From Eledone cirrhosa (Eukaryota), in NCBI GenBank assembly GCA_964016885.1, contig OZ024742.1, positions 174,778,001-174,842,000 on the forward strand: a DNA stretch of 64,000 bases, read 5' to 3'. Each line of letters opens with the position of its first letter. The first letter of the stretch is position 1. This document shows, piece by piece, positions 1-13,461 of this stretch. The notes beneath the pieces were generated by a model. It ran no database searches and was not told the DNA's origin. It saw nothing but the letters and a program-made list of their open reading frames with translations. Position numbers and translations under genes: made by a program.

Positions 1-179
1 ACACTCATAATCAAATTGACAGAAGTCGATTCCACCATTTAGTACAAATATGAATAAATGTGAATTTACAACACCACATGGAGAGAAACAAACCATGCAT
101 ACTTTGTTGGGTGTGTGATTTTAGTGTGCATGACTGACATAGCATGAGGATTCTGAAGCATTGTGCATAGATATTTGCA

Positions 180-436
180 CTGGTATAGACATGTGGTGCA
201 TATTAATGATGATTGCTGGGTGAAGAACTGCAAAGAAATTCTAGTGGAAGGAAGCTTCAGAAGAGAAAGTCTGAGGGAAAACCTGGACTGAAATGGTGAG
301 AGCTGATCAATTGGTGCTGAAGCTCATAGAGATGATGATGAAGGAATGTAACAAGTGGGGGAAAGCAGTGGTTTAGAAGTTCCATTGAACCCATGCACAT
401 ATGGAAAAGTAAATGTAAAAGTATGATGAGGATGAT
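180..436 (+). mobile_element. Old RTE LINE 3' remnant
   Basis: Translates WYRHVVHINDDCWVKNCKEILVEG (RTE C-terminal WYGHV.R...EG.R.RGRP region), then the RTE-type 3' end and a (GAT)n tail. Confidence 0.65.
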
Positions 437-2124
437 AACAAATATACAGAGATATTACATAAAGTTAGTATAATTAGTCAATATTTAAATTTGGTTTCAA
501 TAAGTTGTCATTACCAGCATCATCATCATTATCCATTTATACTTGCTTTTGATACTGACATATGGTAGATGGGTTTTTACTATCTGAGTCAGTTCTTATT
601 TAGATAAATATCCTTCTAGATGGTTTGGAAGACTGTCTTGATCATACACTCGAAATTTGGCCAGGTATATTCTGATGGATGTTCCCTTTCACACTAACAA
701 CTTACCTGTGTACTGTGGTATATTTCATTGTTCCATCAGCACTAGAGAGGCGATCAGGTCCTCAACAAGACTAAAGATCTCTCTCTACCCTACATTCTCA
801 CCATTCAATTGTCAGTCACTTTGCAGACTGAACAGGTTACATTTTATCATAGTGCCAGCCACCATTAAATTAGAACAGTTGTCTTGCACGTACATGGTAA
901 AAGAGATACTCTACATATTGTCTCTATTCTTTAAAGGTTCTTCTTTCACTTCAGTTCCCCATGTTCCCTATAGAACATTGAGCAATAAGAGGTCTTTACC
1001 ATGCACAGTCGCAAACTCTGTCATGAGCCTCATCTCTTGCCAGACCAGGCACATGTTTGTCAGATCCTTCTCCACCACTTAAGTTCCTTTTGCTACATAT
1101 AGTGTATTGTGTGGTAAGAGATGTCCACTCAGCTCATGTCCATGTCTGCCAGTTCCAACTTGCTTCCTGCTAGTTTCTATTCAGTAGAAGCTCTCACTGA
1201 TCTCTTTGTAAGTAATGTGTAGCACATGGTCAGGTATCTTCTACCATGGTATTCACTAAAGTATTAAGCCCAGCCTGTTCCATGACATCTTTAAGGTTAA
1301 TTTTTATTTATTGAATGTGTTAAGAAAACATGGTTTAATTAGAAATTAAATTTGATTGAATCCATATGATAATTCTTAGTATATCTTTGGAATATGCAAC
1401 TTTAAACCGTCCTCATCAACAGAAGGTCTTGATATTAATTTAGTATGAATTAAAATCTACATTTAACCTCAAATTGCTATTCTGGTGTGATTGCATAATT
1501 GAGATACAGCCAAAATTATGTAATTAAATAATTGGTAGGCAGATTTTAATATTAATTCTTGAATATCTATACATAGAATGTAAAATTATATTGTAACATG
1601 CTGCTGAGTGTTAAACATTATCTATATTATCTTTCCAAATTCTATCACCAGATTCTTTCCATTTGGTTTTCTGTTTTAGAGTTGTATAATTAATTAACTT
1701 TATATGTCTCTATCATTATCAGCATCATGGGTCTCTTTTCTGTGCGAGCATGGTTTGGAGATGTTGACGTAGTCCACGACTAGACATGTCAGTGATCCAC
1801 ATCTTGCCCATGTTCCATTTTTGTTAGGATTTCTAGAACTGAATGATATTCCTAATAAAACCTAATTTTCAGAGGAGACTAGGTGCATTTTATTATTGCA
1901 CCAGCACTATTGTTTTATATATGTAATTGAGGCAATTTTATTTTCTGACGGGAAATTTTGTGGCTAGAATAAAAACAGTTTGGTCTTATATAGTTTGATC
2001 TTTTTTTATGATGGCAGTAGTGTATTTGTTGTCCAACAAGCTTGACTGGAGCTGCAGTTCCAGACAGAGCATTGATAGCAAAGGACAACTGCTGATAAGT
2101 CTCTGCATTTCTCTACCTACCCAC

Positions 2125-2212
2125 CTTCCAGAGAATAGGATTGGCTAACTGCATATTTCAAATTCAAGACAAACTTGTAAAAGAATCATTTTGAATAATA
2201 CCAGACAAGATC
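2125..2212 (-). other. Candidate spliced exon (non-coding or 5'UTR)
   Basis: Minus strand: gtttttgttttatttcag|GATC...GGAAG|gtgggt; stops in all three frames; splice-signal evidence only. Confidence 0.3.
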
Positions 2213-3285
2213 CTGAAATAAAACAAAAACCTAGTGTTTTCCTTTCAATATACATCAGCTGTTACAGGCCAAAATTTACAGTACATGATGAAACCATGTA
2301 GAATTGTGGTTGTGAAGTGGTAGTACTAGTGAGTGCTACCATAAAATGCACCCTATATACTCATTAAGGGTATCGCACTATAGATACTATGTCAAATATA
2401 GAACATATGAACAAGATATATTTATCTGGCCAGAAAGTCTTGGGCCATATTGAATCATCCATCCCATACTAGCATGGAAAGTGGATGTAAAATGATGATA
2501 TGAAGATGATGATGGTTGCAGCTTTTGTTACTGCAATTCGAATCTGCATAAAATGGTATTCAGTTGTTTAATGGTCCTGTGATCGAAGGTAACTGTTGCT
2601 ATATTGTAGCCGATGAAATCTGCAATATATTTGAAAATTGAAGTTGACATGAAGTTAGTAAACAGAGTTAGACGTTGTTGTTTAATTGAGTCTAGAAATT
2701 CAGCAAAAAGAAATTTTGAAATGTTGTTTTTCAGTGAGTCAGTTCTGTTCTACACTTCTATCTGATTAAGTGCCAGCAAAGTGGTGTGGCCAGTGAGAAA
2801 TGTTTTCATAGTTATTGTTGTATTTTGCTGATGAAAAACATGTCCTGGACTACTTTCACCTTGAACATGTGAAAATAATTGTTTCCATATTTTAGCCGAA
2901 TAAATTGTTGTGACAAGAAACAGTTGGCAAGAATCAAATTTCTTCATCTGGCTAAAGTGTTCAAATTCAGTATTCTAAGAACAAGTATCTGTTTTTTTTA
3001 TTGCAAATGGCTGCCTGCCAGCTTTCAACCTAATTATACTAAAATGCACCTGGCCCAGAAGTAGCAATAATGATTTCATATCTCATGAAAGGATTTGCTT
3101 TCTGGTGTAAAGATTTGATATATGTATATGTCTATTTGAATGTATATATGTACTGCATGTTGAAGAAATCTATATTAAAATAATGGTACAGCTTTATGGT
3201 CCATCTCAAATTTTAAGAATACAGTCTGTCAAAAACGTTCTAAAATTCTCATTTAGAACTTATGGAACACAATATTTTCAAAACT

Positions 3286-3287
<2 letters not shown>

Positions 3288-3323
<36 letters not shown>

Positions 3324-3390
3324 CTCTCTCTCTCACCTCACTCTTACTCTCTCACCTTACTTTCTCTCTCACCTCACACTCATTCTCTCA
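3288..3390. repeat. (CT)n microsatellite and CT-rich extension
   Basis: Direct reading. Confidence 0.95.
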
Positions 3391-4172
3391 ATTTATAAAT
3401 ACATGTATGATAACTGCTACTCCTTTAAAGAAGACAACCATCTCTTCAACGAATTTCCTACTGTTATGAGCTACTGCCAACTGCAGGCTGCTGGTGAGTT
3501 TGATGGCTGTACAGGCTTTGTTTAGGTCACCTTTTCTTGACCGTATGTGGTATGTGTGAGCAGTGCATCCCCCAAAATGGGCTTCTCAGATGCTCAAGAC
3601 TCCACCGAAGCTTGTTGTTATTGAGGTAAACAGTGCAACAGCGTCAGGATAAGATTTGATCCCCCTATGCGTAAATGTGTGCCTATGGGCTTCTAACCAG
3701 CTCAGTCTGCACTCATTGCCCCTCTTCTACCACTGTTGGGACTTCTGAGGAAATATCTGCGTATGAATATGGCAATGCTACATGCCTGTGGTACACATAT
3801 AGTACCTACTCCATCTGGGCAACTATGTTTCTAGAGACAAACTAAGGCATGATAACAGGACAGTTACAAGGATAACATGTGGTATAGTCATGGAGTTTAA
3901 CTTCTCCAGGTGGTGTAGCCATACTCACCATGCTTTTCCAATTTCAGGTTGGTGAAGCTATTTAACCCATAGTTGGGGTGGATGGCCATTGACTCTGTGG
4001 ATTTCATCTGTTCTTTGACAGCTTTTGTTTTTTTGCAGCTGGGTTTCCACTTACCCTCCTCACTAGAGTTTCTGATTGGGGAGCCAGTTTAGTCACAGAC
4101 TACCCAACTATGAATCAGGTTGTACTCTGCAGTGGCAGGCATAGACACGACCTGACACACAGGTATATATAT

Positions 4173-4362
4173 TAATTGTTTCTACTTTAGGCACAAGGCC
4201 AGCAATTAACCAGTGCATTACTGGTACTTTATTTTATCGACCCCGTAAGGATGAAAGGCAAAGTCAACCTCAGCGGGATTTGAACTCAGATCGTAAAGGG
4301 ACGTAACTATGCTGGAAAGCATGGCGTCCGACCCTCTACTGATACTGCCAATCCACCGCCCT
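4173..4362 (-). mobile_element. tRNA-derived SINE with Deu/Nin-like core (Octopus OR-type), full length
   Basis: Minus: ggcggtggattggcag...gagttcaaatccc (A/B boxes), gcctttcatccttacggggtcgataaaataaagtaccag core, ATT tail; tatatattaat on both sides (probable TSD). Confidence 0.85.
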
Positions 4363-4394
4363 CTATATATTAATATATATATTAATAAAATACA

Positions 4395-4958
4395 GTGTGC
4401 AGAAAAGATTGCGTCAGTATGGACATGTGATGTGTATGAAGCATGACAGCTGTATAAAAAGGTACAGAGTGCTCAAAGTCAATGGAAGCCTTGGAGTGGG
4501 GAGACTAGGGAAAACTTGGGACAAGGGGATAAAAGCTGACCTCACCAAATTGCACCTCTCAAAGATGATGACAGGAGGCGAAGATCTCTGACATTATGCA
4601 GTAATATAGAAGGCCTGAATTCCCACGGGTACAGGCAGTAACTGAAGGATATATATAGCATGCACTGTCCCATTCTCTTCCATACATCCCCCATGAGGTC
4701 AAGCTGAAGCATACATCCAGTGAATCCTCCAGCCCACACAGTAAAGTGGTTGTGATGGCAACACAGCAAAAAAGCACCGAGCCCACACTGTAAATGTGGT
4801 TGGCACTAGGAAGGACATCCAGCTGTAAAAACCAAGCCAAAGTCAGTTTTGTATGAGCAAGACATGGTCACCTAACATGGTATTTCTCACAACAGGATAA
4901 TTTGTCTAACCCATGCATGCGTGGAAATGTGGACATTAAACAGTGATGATGATGATGA
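4395..4958 (+). mobile_element. 5'-truncated RTE LINE (RT C-terminus, 3'UTR, (GAT)n tail)
   Basis: QKRLRQYGHVMCMKHDSCIK...GVGRLGKTWD; same organisation as 15893-16457 and 53064-53701. Confidence 0.85.
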
Positions 4959-5409
4959 TATATACACACATATTCATATATTATCTCACACCTGTAATTA
5001 TCTTTTTCAAGCTTGGATCTCTTTTTTGTTGAATTGCTAAGTTATGGCACATTAACATAGCCAACACAAACATAATCACACATACACATATATTTAAAGA
5101 TAGATATGACCAACACAGGAATGTTTCAATGTATCAGATGTTAGTTGTTCATCAGGAAGAGTAAAGTTAGGAGAAGTATTTTGAAGGGGTGAGAATGAAA
5201 AAGAATGAAAGTTTTTTTTATCAGGATGAGCGAAACTGTCAGGCAAATAGTCGGGTGTGCTGGAGTGAGTGTTGAGGTGGAGAACCTGAGTCTATCATTG
5301 GTACTGTTACATGTGTACAGATGGGTGGGGGTCATTTTGTGAGTGTGCATGCTGTTTATTTTATTATTCGTTTGTATGTATGGGTAGGGCTTTTGGTATA
5401 TGTATGTGT

Positions 5410-5735
5410 TTGTTGTATATCATCAATGGGAGTCTCTGTGTGTAGAGTTCAGTTTATGTGTGTGTTTTTGTGTATTATCAATGGAGTATGTGTGGGTGGA
5501 GGGTTTGGATTGTGTGTGTGTTTGTTGAGTATTATCAATGGGAGAGTGTGTGTGTGGAAAAGGGTTCATTTCATGTGAGTGTCTGTTGTGTATTGTCAAT
5601 GGAGCATGTGTGGGTGGAGGGTTTGGATTGTGTGTGTGTTTGTTGAGTATTATCAATGGGAAATTGTGTGTGTGGAAAAGGGTTCATTTCATGTGAGTGA
5701 CTGTTGTGTATTGTCAATGGAGTGTGTGTGTGTGT
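5410..5735. repeat. GT-rich minisatellite, ~119-bp unit built from ~60-bp subunits, ~2.5 copies
   Basis: gtattatcaatgg...gggtggagggtttggattg...aaagggttcatttcatgtgagt repeated. Confidence 0.9.
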
Positions 5736-6234
5736 TTCAGTTTGTGTGTATGTACAAGACAAGTGGAGAGGTATAGGTCTTCTAAAATTTCTCTTTTCCA
5801 AATTCCTCTCACAAGACATTGGTCAAGCTGATGATATATAGTAATAAAATAAATTTCTGCAGGGTGCCACACTGTAGGATTGAACCTAGAACCAACTGGT
5901 TACAAAGTGAACACTTTAGTCACTCAGCTATGCCTTCACCTATCTGTATAAACTTATAAACATTTACACATACATTTTAATTAAAGTATTTGTTCTGCTG
6001 CTGCAACTTTATGTGCATGACTAACAATGCAGAATTCATCTGCTGTTGCAATTTCTATTTTGCTCAGGGAATTTTTTCCACAAATATTTGGAAAATATTG
6101 AAATTGAATTATTCCTTCCTCCGCAATTCTTTATTGATCACCAGTTTGCTTGCATTTGATAATCAGAATTAAGAATAAAGACTGATGAAATTACATATGA
6201 AAACTTTAATTTCACGATTTAGAATCATATCATT

Positions 6235-6610
6235 ATCATCAACATTACCATCACCATGTTACATCTGTTTTCTGTGCAGGCTTTGGTTGGATGTTTCATC
6301 ACTCTCTGCAGCTTTGACTGGCTGGAGAAACACATCTTGCTTATGTGTTCCATATTTGGCATAACTGCTATGGATGGATGCCCTTCTAAATGCCAACCAC
6401 ATTACAGAATGTACTGGGTGAATTTTATCATGGCAGCAACACTACCCTTTACAAAGTAAACTGAATGCATTTTTTCATTGCCCTGGCACTATTAGCTTAC
6501 AGAGTGTATTGAATATATTTTATGATGGCACCAGGACTACCACTTTACAGTGTGTTCTGGGGCTATTTTATTATGGCACCACCACAACCACCTTACAGAG
6601 TGTACTGTAA
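6235..6610 (-). mobile_element. RTE-tailed SINE/LINE 3' end with an internal ~47-bp module amplified 4-5x
   Basis: catcac tail; ggatgcccttctaaatgccaaccac; repeated ttacagagtgtactgggtgcattttattatggcacc-like unit. Confidence 0.7.
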
Positions 6611-7879
6611 AGGTCAAGTGGGAAGGAAGATACTGATTTTGAATATTGGGGGATTGCCTTCAGTCGTTGAGTAGAGGAAGAGAAATTATTTTCCTACAGT
6701 TAGGGGAGAAAATGGTCTGTTCATTGTCTATACTATCAGCCATTGGACTGAGAACAGATACTGTAAAGCATCCCGTTGAACACTTTAATTCTGCCATTTC
6801 ACTATTCCTGATATATTATTTTATCTATCAATCGCCAAAAAGATGAAAGGCACAATTGACCTTGGCATGATTAATCATCAAAGCACAGTGAGTCAAACCA
6901 AATACAAAGCAATATATTCTAACTCTCTAATGACTCTGCTACTTAGGCAGTTGTGTATAGAAGTTTGGTGATGCCTAGGGCCAACCCCTCGATTGTATGC
7001 CACTGAAAATAGAGGAAACAGGAAATAAATATCTCAAAATTTATCGGGCTTATTTTATATCAATTTAGCATTGAATTTCAATTTAATAAATTTGTCAGCC
7101 TTTTGACCTGGAGAGAAATTCGGGTGTATATTTTGAGCACTGTGCTTAGTCACCATATTGAATAGAGAACCCTGTCTGATACTTTTGTTGGATACCTCCA
7201 CCACCTGCCCCAATATGGTTACCCAGGGCTGTTGTGCCTTCTACCCCACCTCTCCTCACAACACAGCACTTAGGAAATCAAGAAGTCAGAATATAAAGAG
7301 GTAAGAGGAGCAAATATTTTAACAGATTACTAAATGAGAGTGCTTTTACCTTCAACAATATTCTTTTACCAATTTCAGATCTTTAGTAAAGATCAAAGCT
7401 TAATGTTAGCTGGAAACAATTCTGATTTTGAAATGTTTTTTTTTTCTTGTTTATATTTTTTTGGTATGTGCAATTATGTTACTGATTATATCTTATCTAA
7501 TTAGACTCCAGATAGTTTTTATCTTGATTTAAAAGTTCTTACCGTATTTATGTTTTTCTATTTAACTTTTCTTTTGTAAAATAACTAAATTATGTTTTGG
7601 TATTTTTTTCATTTTACTATAACTGAATAAGCCAGCTACATAGTGCATTTTACTTCTTTAGTAATCTACATAAAATCTTTTTTATGTATACTTATATAGT
7701 TGATGATTATATTATATTTGTGTGAAATGTTAATTTAACTGATTAATTATTCTATTGAAGTCCACAAATTCCCTGCAAACCAAGTACGGTTATTTCTCTG
7801 AAGTTGTTTTGCAGCCCCAGAATTTTTTTGGTCAGGTAATCACATACTATAAAGGTAGTCAACTGATGTAACTGGTCCT

Positions 7880-8240
7880 ATTCCCCAGTTATATCACATC
7901 TTCACTGCACTGTCTTCCAAGTCATACTATGTATCTACTGAGCCATTTTATCAGTTGCAAAATGTGTCCACTGAGACTTCTTCCCATTTATACCATATGT
8001 CCACTGAGCTGTCTTCCCAGTTATACCATGTGACCAATCTGTCTTCTCAGTTATACCATGTGACCACTGAGCTATCTTCCCAATTTTACCATGTGACCAC
8101 TGAGCTGTCTTCCCATATATGCCATGTGACCACCAATCAATTTTCCCATTTATACCATACCATGTGACCACCAATCTGTCTTCTTATTTATACCATGCTA
8201 TGTGACAACCAATCTGTCTTCTCAGTTTTACCATATCTCC
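7880..8240. repeat. ~33-bp minisatellite, ~10 copies
   Basis: Unit ccatgtgaccactgagctgtcttcccagtttta; explains repetitive ORFs 7935-8174 and 7955-8167. Confidence 0.9.
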
Positions 8241-10009
8241 ACCAAGCTTAGGATCATACTGCACTCTGTCAGGTTTGGCATTGCTATGTGAGTGTGGAAA
8301 GAGTGAGTGTCAGTGTGGCAATGGCATGTGTGTGTGTGAATGACATGTGTATGTGGGAATCGTGAATATGTGAGGCAGTGTCATGCAGGACCAGATTTAG
8401 ACCTTGGGGAACCCAAGGCCCTTCAGATTTGGGGGCCCTTATGCACAAAGAATTAAAATACACACCAAACCCCCAATTTTACATATGAAAATCGGTTGCT
8501 GCAAGTAATTGGAATTGAAAAAAATTATACATGCAGATATTAAATTTTTTAGATCTAACCATTCTCATTTTACGTCCGCTTTCGATACTGGCATGTGTTG
8601 GACAGGTTCTCACAGTCTGAGACCTCATATTATTCATACATTACATATTTGGCAGGATTTCTATGGCTGGACGCTCTTCCTAACATAATTAATTTACTGG
8701 GTGCATTGTTTTCGTGTGTCCATCACAACCATTTTACACAGTGAGATCAAATACTTTTTTATTAGAATATTATTCTGATAACAAAATGATGTCTCAAACG
8801 TTGAGAAAATTTGATACATTTTGCCACAGTAAGGACATTCACCTTCACACATGCATATATATATACATTTGTGCATATATGTATACACAAATGACAATGG
8901 ACAAAAGAAGATTGATATGTATATATATCTGAAGCTGATAAAAATTGGCCAGTTACACTTTCAACTCATTTTGAGTGCAACTGTACCAGTGATCAGGTTA
9001 CAGACTGTGAAAAGAAAATGTTTGACACCAGAAAATAAAGTTAACAAATTGTGTTTTTAAATAGCTAAAATGATTCTTCCATGCAGTAATTGTTTTAGTT
9101 TCAACACATTGTCTCAGACTATATCAAAGCCAGACTAGTACAACTCTGGTTTCTTTACTGATCCCCAGTTTTAGAATATGTAATAAAATAAGTAATACTT
9201 CTAAACTTCTGCTTGCTCCCCCCCCCCCCTTAATAGCATTTTCACAACATTTACCTGTATGTAAATAATTAAAACTATATTCATTGTACAACAAAGACAG
9301 TACTGTTTCTGTCTTGTAACAGTGTTAATGGTATGCTAACATATCTGTTGGTCTAATGAGATAATGCTATTGAAATTGAATATGTAAGATAAATTAATAG
9401 TTCTTGAGAATATAGGTCAGAGCTTATCTTATTCCTTGGTTTTAGGCAATTGGAAATATCATCCATCCTTGAAAAAATTGATTTATTTTACAATGTTAAG
9501 ATTACTCTCTTTCACAGGAACCTTTTTCTTTTTGCTTTTAAGTGTAAACACATTTTAAGAAGTCTGGATAGACACTACCTCAGCATTCTTATAATCTACG
9601 ATATGTAGTCTGTATTCTGCCCTGGGCATTATATCTAACATGTAAAAGATGGGTGTCATTTCCAATTTATCAGGTTAAAATAAATCTTGCTTCTTATTCT
9701 ATTTAGTTTCTTTTGGGCAAAAATCAACAGAATATTCCATAAATTTCCTTGAACTCCCATAGCAGAAAATACAATTCCCATGCCTATTTATATTTTCCTT
9801 CTAGCAATATATGACCTTCAAACCATAAATGGTTCTTTCTAATGTTATAAGGCTGGTGTTATTACTGTTTCTCATTCTGTTAGCATTGTTAACCCTTTTA
9901 TTGTCATATTTCTAAATAGACAGCCTATAATTTGAAAATAATCATGTATTTTAAGTGAATTAATAATATAACTAACTTTCTCATTCAGTTGTTTTTTAGC
10001 GATGTAGTA

Positions 10010-10600
10010 TGTGTGTGTGTGGGGGAGGGGGGTCCAAGATGTCACTGTGGTAGGTCCTTTAACCCCACAAGCCTCTATGCTTTGTCCTGCCACCTGAATG
10101 CTAGTTACTTTGCCTGCCACACTGACCTAATACTAATCATTAAGTGGGCCCTAAATCAAGTAAATATCCCCCCAGTTTTTGAGTCAGCTGGATTATTTAA
10201 AAGTGATGGGAAGCGACATGATGGTCTTACCCTTTATCCCATGGTAAGTGGTAGATGTCTCATATGGGATGCCAAAGTCAGTGACTCTTTTGCTCCCTCC
10301 TACATTATGGATTCCATGGTAAATGTGAGGTTCACTGCTTCCATTGCCAAATGGAATAAAATCCTAAAATACAAGGAGCTATCAAATAAATATTTTTTCC
10401 ACCATGTAGTATTCAAGTTATTTAGTGAAGCTGGGATGCTGACAGTGAAGATCTTTTCAGTGGTTGCAGCATGCCTTACTGAGGTGCCAGGTGCTGCCCA
10501 TGAGGGTGCCTGGTTGTTTCAATGCCTTAACCTTGCCATCACTCTTGGTAATGCTGTGAGCATGTTGTCTTGCCTCAAAATTTACAGTTGACCCTTGTGA
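10010..10600 (+). mobile_element. CRE-clade non-LTR retrotransposon 3' remnant (Zn knuckle + restriction-like endonuclease)
   Basis: CHCG...ALSC...H; GLFKSDGKRHDGLTLYPMVSGRCLIWD; KYKEL; WLFQCLNLAITLGNA match CRE RLE motifs (DGKRPDGLT..W..G..L.WD; QR.S.AIQRGNA) with catalytic-region decay. Confidence 0.85.
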
Positions 10601-10800
10601 TGTACAGAAGATTGTTGCACCTAGTGGTGAATTGTCGGTTGTTGTTTTTTTTCGTTTTCTCTCACTTTGATCATTTTGTGCATTATATTTTAAGGTTCCT
10701 AGCAATATTTAATTGTATTTATTATATAAGTTTATATTTGTGTTTATATTTTAATTTTCTGTAAGAATTATAAACAATTTGTAATGTTATCTATACAACT

Positions 10801-11035
10801 GTCATCATCATCATCATCGTTTAATGTCTATCTTCCACGCTAGCATGGGTTTCAGAGGGGAATTGTCTCACTTGAGGCAAGATTGGTCGTCTTACTCGTA
10901 TAGGACTGTCTAGCAGGTTTTCTATGGCTGGATGCCATTCCTAACACAAACCACGTTTACAGTGTGGACTGGGAGGTTTTTAGCATGTTACCTACACGGC
11001 CACATTACAGCATGGACTGTGTGTTTTTTTTGTCA
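10801..11035 (-). mobile_element. Young RTE 3' end
   Basis: Reverse complement closely matches 53480-53701; (CAT)n tail. Confidence 0.8.
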
Positions 11036-11714
11036 TGATTTTTAGATAAATATAAACAACCCTTAGCAAAGAAAATGGTCATTAATTGATGATGATGGAA
11101 CATTTTGAAACAAACAATTTCATTTCCTAGAGCTAGGGCCAGTTTCAGGTGGTTTGGTACCACAAAGTTTAATTCTTTCATTTACATATTTTTGGATACA
11201 TTTACAAATGATTCTGAAAGTAGCCAAGTATTTGGAGAGATTTAATAATATAACAAATTTGTTATTATGTTAGTGTTTGAAGCATCACTTAACAAAGGTT
11301 CTTATATAAAATTATGATGAAAATTGTTATTTAAATAAATATAAACTTTTGAAACAGACAGTTTTGTATTGTAGATCCAGGGGCAGTTTCTGGGAGTTTG
11401 GTATCAAAAAGGTTAATGTTACAGCTTATATTGGCTTCGTTTTTTCTTTATTTTTTCTATTAAATCATTTTTTGAGGTTAATCAATAAATCTTTCATAAA
11501 TTTAACATTGAATAAATTGATGCACGTGAGTGAACACACCTAGTAGGCATTTAGAATAACTTAATTTTTCAAAATTTATATAAATCAAAACATTAATTTA
11601 TTAAACACAATAGTTAAAGCAATTGCAAATAATACTTCCTAAGGAAATGAATGTCAATAAAATCTATATTATTATAATTTTACATTTTTTTGTCTGTTTG
11701 TCTCCCTGTATTGT

Positions 11715-11715
<1 letters not shown>

Positions 11716-11797
<82 letters not shown>
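11716..11797. repeat. (CT)n(AT)n compound microsatellite
   Basis: Direct reading. Confidence 0.95.
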
Positions 11798-11801
<4 letters not shown>

Positions 11802-11929
11802 TGAATATAAACAGACAACTTCATCCCCACCTCATCAGCAAACGTGTAGCTTGTAATTCATGCATGCATTAAGGTGGTATTGAACTTGTGAATAAAATCC
11901 ATAAACAGCTTAGTTAAGATGTGGTGAAG

Positions 11930-12180
11930 GCACCAAATACTATTTATTTCACTCACATTGCAGAGGAGCAGAAAATATTTAAATAATAGGACTTGACAAA
12001 CCACATCCATTTTGTGTCAGTTGCTGTTGAGGCCTCAGTCAGTCACCTGACTGCTATTTTCCTCTGCCAAATCAGAAGGAGTGCATCTAAATGGAGGAAA
12101 GAATGTTGTGAGCTAGAATGGCTGATTCACTTTGTGTTTACCATGGCAATGCTTTTGCCATCTTGTCCAGGAGACACAGC
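11930..12180 (+). mobile_element. Second CRE-clade RLE C-terminal remnant
   Basis: AEEQKIFK..DLTNHIHFVSVAVEAS...ELEWL...HGNAFAILS across a frameshift. Confidence 0.65.
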
Positions 12181-12227
12181 TGAGGTATATCACCCAGGCA
12201 AGTGTGTAGAGCTTTAGCCCTTCCTTC

Positions 12228-12808
12228 TCAGACTCAGAAGCTCCCGCATCTTGCGACGTATGAGGCAATCATAGTGTTCCATCGTGTTCGGTCAGCAGCC
12301 AGTTGCACAGCATCCCGCCATTGTCTGTTTGTCGCTCGCAGGTCCCTCTCAACTGTCTGGCGCCAGTTCATTTTAGGTCGGCCTCTCCGTCTGCTTCCCT
12401 GTGGGCTCCATTTAAGTACTTGGTTCGCTAGTCTCTCTGGGGGAAGTCTCAAAGCATGTCCAAACCAGCCCAGGCGTCGCTGGCAGATGGTAGAAGAGAC
12501 TAGCTGCTGGTTGGTGCGGTTTCTGACTTCCTGGTTTGTTACATGGTCACTCCATTTAATCCCCAGGATCTTTCGCAGACATCTGGAATCGAATGCGTCC
12601 AATTTCTTCTTTGGCCCTTCTTAAGGTGCTATGTTTCACTTCCGTACAAGTGTGTGGACAGCACGTTGCTGTTGTATTATCTCATCTGTTTTGAGGGTGA
12701 ACTTCCTGCTCTTCCAGATCTTGTCAAGCTGGTTAAATGCTGCTGAAGTCTTTCCCATTCTACATTGCAGTTCACTGTCCATGGTGCCCTCATTGTTAAT
12801 GGAGCTTC
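12228..12808 (-). mobile_element. Well-preserved 5'-truncated RTE LINE (RT C-terminal part)
   Basis: GSSINNEGTMDSELQCRMGKTSAAFNQLDKIWKS...LYGSET...DAFDSRCLRKILGIKWSD...RRLGWFGH...RRRGRPK..W. Confidence 0.93.
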
Positions 12809-13260
12809 CTTCTCCTTTCCTCTTTTAAAAATTATTTTGTTCCCTCTGCTTTTGTTCTTTTTTCTCTTTTCCTGTTAATTATTTTAAACCATTAAAAAAA
12901 TACTTTCATCGTCAAATACTTCTGTTCAACAATAAGTTTATGATTAACTATTAAATAAAAACAAAAATAAACATAATTGGTTATGTATTAGTTATAATAA
13001 ATAATTGTGAATGATTTTGGAATTGAACAGCAAAAGTAAAAAAAATGTTAAAAAGGTAAACATTATAGAAATATTTAGCCTCAAATGAAAATAATTATTT
13101 TACATAATTGGAAGTATACATGGTTCTAAACTTCAAACTGTAGGTCCATAAAGCAACACCACCGCAAGTAGGCCACAGAGGGATTTGAAATCAGAAGGCA
13201 AAGTGCTGGAACAAATACCCTAAGGCATCATACCAAATATCCTAACAATTCCACCAATTC

Positions 13261-13461
13261 ATTATTTTGGACTGACAGTATCAGAAGAGGGTTGGACGCC
13301 ATGCTTTGCAGCAAAGAGTTACGGCTCTTTATGGTCTGAGTTCAAATCCCGCCGAGGTTAACTTTGCCTTTCATCTTTATGGGGTCGATGAAATAAAGTA
13401 CCAGTAATGCACTGGAATAATTGCTGGCCTTGTGCCAAAAGTAGAAATAATTATTTTGGAC
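13261..13461 (+). mobile_element. OR-type SINE with 12-bp TSD, nested in an older SINE
   Basis: attattttggac at 13261-13272 and 13450-13461; B box and Deu/Nin-like core. Confidence 0.85.

Noticed and set aside
657-1082. 141-aa ORF (likewise 18690-19118, 26523-26957, 62281-62799)
   Set aside because: Spans SINE remnants or is antisense to transposon sequence; no coherent protein signal
3410-4150. GC-richer segment, possibly an RTE 5' region with an HDV-like ribozyme (similar at 63150-63460)
   Set aside because: Could not establish the nested pseudoknot or clear protein motifs by eye
8385-8440. Possible hAT-type terminus (caggaccagatttag)
   Set aside because: No matching second terminus or TSD found
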